Shown here piece by piece: positions 23,464-32,181 of a stretch of 32,181 nucleotides of DNA. Origin of the DNA: Octopus bimaculoides (lineage: Eukaryota). The stretch is taken from assembly GCF_001194135.2 (NCBI RefSeq), contig NC_068987.1, forward strand, positions 100,134,208 to 100,166,388. Reading direction: 5' to 3'. The position numbers were made by a program, and so were the translations under genes. Below the pieces are notes generated by a model. The model had not been told where the DNA came from, ran no database searches, and saw nothing but the letters and a program-made list of their open reading frames with translations. The stretch's first letter is position 1; every line of letters starts with the position of its first letter.

Positions 23464-23498
<35 letters not shown>

Positions 23499-23509
23499 TA
23501 TATGTACAT

Positions 23510-23640
23510 ATCTTTTATTTGTTATCGTTTACTTGTTTCAGTCATTAGATTGTAGCCATGCTGGAGCACCGCTTTGATGGATTTTTAGTCGAATGAATCA
23601 TTCCAATTATTTTATACATTACTAAGCATGGTAGTTACTA
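23510..23640 (-). mobile_element. SINE family B, 3'-end fragment
   Basis: Minus strand TCGACTAAAAATCCATCAAAGCGGTGCTCCAGCATGGCTACAATCTAATGACTGAAACAAGTAAACG matches the 3' end of the 13271-13662 copy. Confidence 0.82.
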
Positions 23641-23674
23641 TAGCGATCTCCTTTGCCCCCCACCTTCATACATA

Positions 23675-23953
23675 CAGGATGAACTCAAATACATAACAGT
23701 CCAACTATGGGTTAGTTTGCCGAAATTTGAAATTCACTGTCAATTGTAATATCGTTAAAGAATGATAAATTTCTACTCCGATTGAGTAATCCTTCTTTTT
23801 AATACATCNNNNNNNNNNCGATGTATTAAAAAGAAGGATTACTCAATCGGAGTAGAAATTTATCATTCTTTAACGATATTACAATTGACAGTGAATTTCA
23901 AATTTCGGCAAACTAACCCATAGTTGGACTGTTATGTATTTGAGTTCATCCTG
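23675..23953. repeat. Perfect 134-bp inverted repeat centred on a 10-N gap (23809-23818)
   Basis: 23675-23808 is the exact reverse complement of 23820-23953. Confidence 0.97.
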
Positions 23954-24964
23954 GCTTTATTTATTCTCTGTTAAATCAAAATTTTTCACAGTAGTCTGTG
24001 GAATGATTATTAGACTGTATGGCAGGTTATGATGATGAAATACAGTGGAGAATTTTATTGATCGAATTTGGTGAGATGTTATTGTTTAGAATTTAGTCAT
24101 GTGTAGAACATAATAATTAGCAGTTATATTTAGGTGTGTCATATTCAGGTTGTAGCTAATCATTAAAGAATGCGGTTAGATTGTAAGCCAGTAAATGTAC
24201 CACTGGTGTTAGTTCTGTTGATTTTATTGCGATAGTTTTAGTTCTTGCTGTTTTTATATGTATATGTGTCATTTTGTTTCGTATTGGTGGTGGTGGTGGG
24301 GGGGGGGGTTACGTGTTGGTGTACACTCCAGTTCTCTAACCTCTGTAATTAAGTGTGTCAGCTTTTAGGATTTGGAGTTTTATAAAGGTTCACAATGAGG
24401 TGTTAACTTTTAGTATTTTGGTCGTCTGGTATTATCTAGCGTATTCCAACTGTTTGCATTGGGACAATGTTGGATATCAATGACACGTGTGATAGTTGTA
24501 TCAGTATGGATGATATGTTAATCAAATATTTAAGCATTTCCAAGAGGATATTCGTTACGTTAAAATTTATATGTTTATGGGGGTTGTGCTTCAAGAAATT
24601 GTTCGTTTGCTATTTTAACCTTTGTGTTTAGGAAGGTGACATTTGTAGGATATATGTTTTTAATACAAACTCCTACTTAATTTCCAGAGAGGGTATTTTG
24701 TAATACATTATTTTAAGTTATTAAAACGTGCAAGGACGTTCAATAGATTGTAAGCCAACTTTTTCATCTATCCTCATTTCCAAATAGTACAGAAAATATT
24801 GTTGAATCGATTTTCAAAATTTGTGTAATTGAGAGTTTTCATACCAGTTTTTATGCGTAATATGAAGGTAGATTCCAGTGAAAGTGGCAATTAGAGAAGA
24901 GAGGTGGTGACATATTTTCATAGTCACTAGAAAAAAAATATCGGTTTGAAATGTTTCATGCTTT

Positions 24965-24965
<1 letters not shown>

Positions 24966-25006
<41 letters not shown>

Positions 25007-25092
25007 CCACACACACACCCACACACACACACACACACACAAACACACACAAACACACACACATACACATACATATATATATATATATACAT
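24966..25092. repeat. (CA)n/(TA)n compound microsatellite
   Basis: Direct read. Confidence 0.96.
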
Positions 25093-25526
25093 ATACTTTT
25101 CCCGACATGTAGTAGAGATTTATCCTTGAAAAGGATCGGGAAACTTACTAATGATTTTTTTTATATTCATTACAGCTGCTACATTACGGCGTCTGTGTAA
25201 GTGTGTAAGTGTATGTGTGCGCGCGCGTGTGTGTGTGTTGTTTTACGACAGCAGTATACCCACGTTTCTTTATTAGCATAGGAACATTAAGCACCTAATT
25301 CTATTCCAGTTCTCGATAGATATGACAGTTAGCGACGTAGTTTTAGTGCACGCATGCATTATGCACACACACACACACACACGTGCAGGAAGTGAATAGA
25401 CGCCTTTAATTTTCAAAATTTTTGATCCAAGCGTCGTAATATATTTTTTATCTCTGTAGAATTTACAGTGTAATTATTCTTTTTCGTTCCAGGTGCCATT
25501 ATATTAAGCCTTTGCGAAGAGTAACC

Positions 25527-25850
25527 ATGCCACGCACAAAAGATTCAGCCAGCGAAAAATTGTCGAAAATCTTCAAATTTCTCTTAATAGAATTATAGTG
25601 CAAATAAAAAGCCAAGGAAAAGAATCAACAGATTCTCGTCCCAGCCGAGCTGGGCTCTCGGAAAGAATCTTCGCTGCTTGAAGAGAATTGTGGAAAACGT
25701 ACCCCGTTCGATGGCTTCTGACATTGCAAAACAGCTAGAAGTTAGTCCAAGAACGTGTGTCACATTTCTACATAAGCTTGGGTATCAATTGACGAGCAGC
25801 TAGAAGAAAACCTCTCCTTCAGCCAATTAATATCAAATAAAATACTTTGA
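25527..25850 (+). mobile_element. Tc1-family transposase N-terminal remnant (HTH DNA-binding region), frameshifted and truncated before the DDE domain
   Basis: MPRTKD..., then NLRCLKRIVENVPRSMASDIAKQLEVSPRTCVTFLHKLGY, frameshift, RAARRKPLLQPINIK*. The ARRKPLL motif and the preceding HTH are diagnostic of Tc1 transposases. Confidence 0.85.
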
Positions 25851-27434
25851 AAATTAAAGGTGTCAATTTACTATACATATACACTCTCTCACACACACAC
25901 ACACACGTATATATTATATATAACAATAAAAAATTATTGACATGATTTTGGGGGATCCCATGTAAACTGCGTGCAAAACAATGCAGAAAATAACTAGCAT
26001 CATGTTTTTCTGAGAATCAGGGCGAAAGAACAGCGAAACGTTGATGGGCCAATGAACTACACAAAGCTAATGTTCCAAAGAGATCGTAATTGATACGCAA
26101 GAAAAAATTGAAAAAAAAAGAAACTGATAGAAACTATCTAACTTGAATATGGTCGTGTCCCTAATGATTTAAATACAAACATACATATAAAGATAATATT
26201 GAAATGCGTGTGCATCTGCATATAGACCACTACGCACATTTTTTTTTGTGTCCTTGTTTATTTCTGTATCCCTTTCTCTTGAAGAGCGTAGGCTCGAAAC
26301 GTTAAATACTTTCTCTATTCCCGAGCGTTATACTAATACATCCATTTGTTGTCTACATCACCTGCCTTCGTCTATTGTTTTTTTTCGTGCATTCTCCATA
26401 TATATATATATACATTATTTAGTTTTTTTTTAATTGTTTAATCTTTAAAGCTGGGATCATGTCATGCTCGGACACCATCTTTGGCTGTGCTACACCAATT
26501 ATTTGAAATCTCCTCTAATGTGCCATTTGGAATAGAGGGAGCTTGATGCTGCCGCCCTCATCTGTGCTATCTACACACAGACATACACACATACACGGTG
26601 GAGCGCGCGCGCTCACACATATTCATATATTCATGCAAATAAAAAATAGATAGATAAATAGATAGATCGGTAGATAGTTTGATAGATAGACAGACAAATA
26701 GGGTGTTTACGAATCTCTAAATTACAAACATTATTCTCTTTAAGTTCGCTTAGAGATAAATCTTGAAATTTGATTAAACTCTACTTGATAATATTGAGAT
26801 TTCTTAAATAGTGTACTTTAATATGATACTTAATGTATAGGCACACATACGTACACAAAAACATACGGACACATTCACACACACACATATATACACATAT
26901 ATATGTACGTATGTGTGTACAAGCACTCACGCTCACACACATATATGTATTTATATGTACAAATTTACACATATCTGAACAACAAAAGATGTTATTTATA
27001 ACTATATGTGAAATTCTATATTGCAAAATATCGGATTTAATGTGAAAAATATGACTTATAATAAGTGTGTTATTTATGCAGCTTTGCATATAGACTCACC
27101 ACTTTAAAAGAAGCAGATACAAACAGGTTCAAATACACACATTTGTAATAGCTTACCACTTAATGTAACTTCCGGAATGAAGATTTTTCTAAAAGCTCGT
27201 TGATCGGATATCTGCCAATTTTCGGTCGAGGGAACTTGGGCAATATTTCATCTACTATTTATAACAGAGGAAAAAAAAAATAATAATAACATTCATACCA
27301 AATACTACTTACTGTTAAATGTGCGAGCACGTGTGAGCACTCATACACGCTCACACAGGCACAGACACAGACACACACAAACATACACAGACACATATAT
27401 AATATACATGTATATATATATGTGTGTATATATA

Positions 27435-28366
27435 TATATACATATATAATGGATTAAGTAATTGATCGATTACATTACCAACATATATTATCCCTAACTT
27501 GGCATGACTACCAGAACTCAAGATCTTTATTGAGGCACGACTGTATGTATGAATGTCCCTGATGAGACCCAGACTGCAAAAGGGATGCAACACAATATGA
27601 TGCACGGACTCCCACACATAAGTTACAGTTCCAAGATGAGTCCAAAATATTGTTGTGTAAAAGACAGACTATTACCACATCCATCTTCTGGTTACTTATT
27701 NNNNNNNNNNNNNNNNNNNNNNNNNNNNNNNNNNNNNNNNNNNNNNNNNNNNNNNNNNNNNNNNNNNNNNNNNNNNNNNNNNNNNNNNNNNNNNNNNNNN
27801 NNNNNNNNNNNNNNNNNNNNNNNNNNNNNNNNNNNNNNNNNNNNNNNNNNNNNNNNNNNNNNNNNNNNNNNNNNNNNNNNNNNNNNNNNNNNNNNNNNNN
27901 NNNNNNNNNNNNNNNNNNNNNNNNNNNNNNNNNNNNNNNNNNNNNNNNNNNNNNNNNNNNNNNNNNNNNNNNNNNNNNNNNNNNNNNNNNNNNNNNNNNN
28001 NNNNNNNNNNNNNNNNNNNNNNNNNNNNNNNNNNNNNNNNNNNNNNNNNNNNNNNNNNNNNNNNNNNNNNNNNNNNNNNNNNNNNNNNNNNNNNNNNNNN
28101 NNNNNNNNNNNNNNNNNNNNNNNNNNNNNNNNNNNNNNNNNNNNNNNNNNNNNNNNNNNNNNNNNNNNNNNNNNNNNNNNNNNNNNNNNNNNNNNNNNNN
28201 NNNNNNNNNNNNNNNNNNNNNNNNNNNNNNNNNNNNNNNNNNNNNNNNNNNNNNNNNNNNNNNNNNNNNNNNNNNNNNNNNNNNNNNNNNNNNNNNNNNN
28301 NNNNNNNNNNNNNNNNNNNNNNNNNNNNNNNNNNNNNNNNNNNNNNNNNNNNNNNNNNNNNNNNNN

Positions 28367-28426
<60 letters not shown>

Positions 28427-28692
28427 TATATACATATATAATGGATTAAGTAATTGATCGATTACATTACCAACATATATTATCCCTAACTTGGCATGAC
28501 TACCAGAACTCAAGATCTTTATTGAGGCACGACTGTATGTATGAATGTCCCTGATGAGACCCAGACTGCAAAAGGGATGCAACACAATATGATGCACGGA
28601 CTCCCACACATAAGTTACAGTTCCAAGATGAGTCCAAAATATTGTTGTGTAAAAGACAGACTATTACCACATCCATCTTCTGGTTACTTATT
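27435..28692 (+). repeat. Identical ~265-bp direct duplication (27435-27700 = 28427-28692) across the N gap 27701-28367; probable assembly/haplotype artefact
   Basis: The two sequences are identical at offset 992. The first copy ends exactly at the gap, and the upstream microsatellites differ as alleles would. Confidence 0.93.
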
Positions 28693-29320
28693 CATTTAAC
28701 ATTATCTCAGCTAACACTAAGAAATTCTTGAAGTAAAACCAATGGAAATTTACTCAAACTGCGGTTGACAACAGGTAGCCCAAACGTGCCATTGCTTTAC
28801 TCAACACATGAACACACTATCGACATATACTCATTAATCTAAAGTATTACATATATATATATTAGAGTATACAGAAAATTCAATGTGAGCTAGTTTCATC
28901 AATGAAAATATACAATGCTCTGAAAACCTGTTATAGCGTGTATTCTAACGTCAGGCAATATTTCAGACCCTTAGTACAACATGTTTGCTCTCGTCGAACA
29001 GAGAAATGCCAGGAAGAAACCTGGTAAAAAAAAACTAATAAAGACAAAAATTGAATTAGAAAAAGAGAAAAAGAAATATCGGTTCTGTTACCCTTTGCCG
29101 TTTTACAATTGCAATTGAATATTAATTTAATTAACATCAATTTAGAACAAATGGCCTAGCATATAAAACAATCTGGAAATTCAGAAAAATTGTATTACAC
29201 GCGTATAAGGGAACATTCTTTTCTTTGTGGTTAGAACGAAGATAATCTTTTTCTAGCATATCGGATGTCCACTTAGTGTTCATCCCTTCTTATACGCATA
29301 TATATATATATATATATATA

Positions 29321-29826
29321 NNNNNNNNNNNNNNNNNNNNNNNNNNNNNNNNNNNNNNNNNNNNNNNNNNNNNNNNNNNNNNNNNNNNNNNNNNNNNNNN
29401 NNNNNNNNNNNNNNNNNNNNNNNNNNNNNNNNNNNNNNNNNNNNNNNNNNNNNNNNNNNNNNNNNNNNNNNNNNNNNNNNNNNNNNNNNNNNNNNNNNNN
29501 NNNNNNNNNNNNNNNNNNNNNNNNNNNNNNNNNNNNNNNNNNNNNNNNNNNNNNNNNNNNNNNNNNNNNNNNNNNNNNNNNNNNNNNNNNNNNNNNNNNN
29601 NNNNNNNNNNNNNNNNNNNNNNNNNNNNNNNNNNNNNNNNNNNNNNNNNNNNNNNNNNNNNNNNNNNNNNNNNNNNNNNNNNNNNNNNNNNNNNNNNNNN
29701 NNNNNNNNNNNNNNNNNNNNNNNNNNNNNNNNNNNNNNNNNNNNNNNNNNNNNNNNNNNNNNNNNNNNNNNNNNNNNNNNNNNNNNNNNNNNNNNNNNNN
29801 NNNNNNNNNNNNNNNNNNNNNNNNNN

Positions 29827-29880
<54 letters not shown>
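29321..29880. other. Assembly gap 29321-29826 flanked by (TA)n and (CT)n
   Basis: N run; (CT)27 follows at 29827-29880. Confidence 0.99.
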
Positions 29881-29884
<4 letters not shown>

Positions 29885-29889
29885 ATGAA

Positions 29890-30470
29890 ACCGCACATAA
29901 CTCCTACACATACACAACACGCACTCACACACATCACACGCACATACACACACATGTAGAAACGAACTCACTTACACACACATGCAAATGAACCTACACA
30001 CAACTCCTACACACACACTCACACACACACACCCAGGTGCACATACATGTACACACACGCAAATGAACCCACACATAACTCACATACACGAACACATACT
30101 ACGCATATACACGCACTTACATACACACACACGAAATAACCTATGTGCGATCCGCAAAGCAAACCGAACGCATATACACATACAGGTGCACACACACACA
30201 TATATACACATACACAGACGTACACAAAAAATACAGGCACACACTGCTAGGAAATCACATCCACTCAATACAAAACACACGTTCACACACATACTCAAAA
30301 ACTGCCTGCTTACCTTCCACTGACCATTGTCCACAAGCACTCTCTAACAATTCCTTCTACTAATTCCGCCCACTACGTCACCCCCCCCACACACAAACAC
30401 ACACATACACACTAACAGATAAACAACCAAACCACCCACGCACACACACGTTCTGTTATTACACACACAC
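29890..30470. repeat. Long degenerate CA-rich low-complexity tract
   Basis: Direct read. It explains the His/Thr-rich and Cys/Val-rich ORFs in the track. Confidence 0.9.
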
Positions 30471-30617
30471 TTGCAGTCCCTCACGCACGCACACGTATTC
30501 ACCTCTCTTTTTCACTTTACATTCTTAGAAAGAACTTTTCCTCCACCACTTCCTATTCCGATCCTTCCACAATGTAACCACGTGGACATGGGTGCTGCTT
30601 TTTCTTCGTCTGTTTTT

Positions 30618-31018
30618 NNNNNNNNNNNNNNNNNNNNNNNNNNNNNNNNNNNNNNNNNNNNNNNNNNNNNNNNNNNNNNNNNNNNNNNNNNNNNNNNNNN
30701 NNNNNNNNNNNNNNNNNNNNNNNNNNNNNNNNNNNNNNNNNNNNNNNNNNNNNNNNNNNNNNNNNNNNNNNNNNNNNNNNNNNNNNNNNNNNNNNNNNNN
30801 NNNNNNNNNNNNNNNNNNNNNNNNNNNNNNNNNNNNNNNNNNNNNNNNNNNNNNNNNNNNNNNNNNNNNNNNNNNNNNNNNNNNNNNNNNNNNNNNNNNN
30901 NNNNNNNNNNNNNNNNNNNNNNNNNNNNNNNNNNNNNNNNNNNNNNNNNNNNNNNNNNNNNNNNNNNNNNNNNNNNNNNNNNNNNNNNNNNNNNNNNNNN
31001 NNNNNNNNNNNNNNNNNN
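30618..31018. other. Assembly gap (N run)
   Basis: N characters. Confidence 0.99.
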
Positions 31019-31784
31019 NATATATATATATATATACATATATATGTGTGTGTGTGTATGTATGTATAATATATCTAGAAGCACACACACAGACATACAT
31101 CATCTCACACTAGCCGTGCTACATACAGTGTTGGAAAAAGTTCACTCGACAGTAAATAAAAAATTCCATGAATACTTAATATTCAAAATTTATTTATTCA
31201 TTCCAATTACGAATACTTCATATTTGAATGCTGTGTTTCAACATTTGTCTATATATTTTTTATCTTGATTTGCTGTCAGGTGCTTTTTCGCCAATCCGAC
31301 AGTTATATACATATAAACGTAGAGTATACATGTGTGTGTGTGGGCATGTGTATTTTCGTGTGTGTGTCTGTGTTTACGGGTGTGTGTGTGTCTGTATTTG
31401 CGGGCGTGTGTGTGTGTGCGTGTATTTTTAACATTTGTTTATGGCAACCGTTTTGGATATGCAAATAAAGCTCATGTTTCTTTATGACGACAGAGTCTAA
31501 TGATGCTTATGGGTAAACCAGATATTGGAGTTTGAATAGACACAACTAAATCAAACATAGCACTGGTCAAAACGGATAAACATCCCCTTGTTAAATATCT
31601 ATTAATGTGATATTTCCTGAAGAAATGAATCCATGAAGATGATAAACACTATGACCACGGATACCACGGGGTACACTGTAATCATAATGTACGGATTGTG
31701 ATTTTAAGAGATATGGAACGTGAGGAAACGTCCGTAAAAATGTTTATAAATTCCCTGCAAGGATTATTATAATTTTTGTAATTT

Positions 31785-31855
31785 TTATTATTGTTATTGT
31801 TGTTGTTGTCATTATTATTATTATTATTAATAGTATTATTATTATTATTATTATG
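31785..31855. repeat. (ATT)n/(GTT)n tract; the (TAA)n 3' tail or target of the right-edge Dong element
   Basis: Direct read. Confidence 0.95.
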
Positions 31856-32181
31856 TTATGTTTGACTTTTGTTTTGCATTTGTACAAGTTGGATCCAAGT
31901 CTCACCCAGAGACCTCAAGAGACAACAAGTTAGAAGTTCATGTAGGTGTTATGCCTAGGGTACCATATATATTTGGATTTTTACAGTTTTGTTCAAGTGA
32001 ATGTTTAAGAAACCATAAGAAAATTATGTGTTTGCTTTAAAATTTGAGATCACATTTACGTAGGATATGGGCAGTTCCCATGAGCACTATCTTTTGAACT
32101 TCAGCCATTTTGGGGTTTCCTGGAATCTGATCTAGGTAGTAATCAGCCCGTTTCGCTGTCATACCCAGGGCACCTATGACA
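31855..32181 (-). mobile_element. R4/Dong-clade non-LTR retrotransposon 3' end (ORF C-terminus plus ~180-bp 3' UTR); the rest lies beyond the right edge
   Basis: 32180->32037 translates VIGALGMTAKRADYYLDQIPGNPKMAEVQKIVLMGTAHILRKCDLKF*, matching the (V)IGALG...QK..L.GT..ILR end of RLE-type elements. The 3' UTR runs directly into (TAA)n. Confidence 0.92.

Noticed and set aside
24286-24308. (GGT)4 plus G11 run as a functional G-quadruplex
   Set aside because: It is a simple repeat/homopolymer with uncertain length in short-read data and no supporting context.
1515-31268. Long ORFs spanning N gaps (e.g. 1515-2147, 6799-7410, 27549-28457, 27692-28609, 29273-29971, 30471-31268)
   Set aside because: Their length comes from X residues plus YIYI/HTHT/CVCV microsatellite translation, so they are not coding evidence.
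4254-31468. Cys/Val-rich and His/Thr-rich ORFs (CVCVCV, HTHTHT, YLSIYLSI, ERERER)
   Set aside because: These are translations of (TG)n, (CA)n, (GATA)n and (GA)n repeats.

Overview
AT-rich animal genomic DNA from a gapped short-read scaffold, with 6 N-gaps that mostly abut microsatellites. The SINE families, microsatellite density and TE content point to a coleoid cephalopod, probably Octopus; this is inferred from pattern recall, not a database search. No intact host gene can be supported, and most ORFs in the track are N-gap or microsatellite artefacts. The window is a transposon graveyard. It holds three R4/Dong-clade (RLE-type non-LTR) pieces, all on the minus strand and all abutting (TAA)n tracts; one has an intact CCHC-knuckle frame and sits directly downstream of an older relative's (TAA)n tail. 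It also holds decayed CR1/L2-type and RTE LINE fragments, a mariner-type MITE, a Tc1 transposase remnant, about 9 copies of two tRNA-derived SINE families, and a 773-bp Mutator-like TIR element nested in a SINE. The only host-gene-like signal is a degraded SEA-domain-like plus Thr-rich (mucin) segment at about 11.3-11.8 kb on the minus strand. Boundaries of decayed elements are approximate (+/-10-30 bp).
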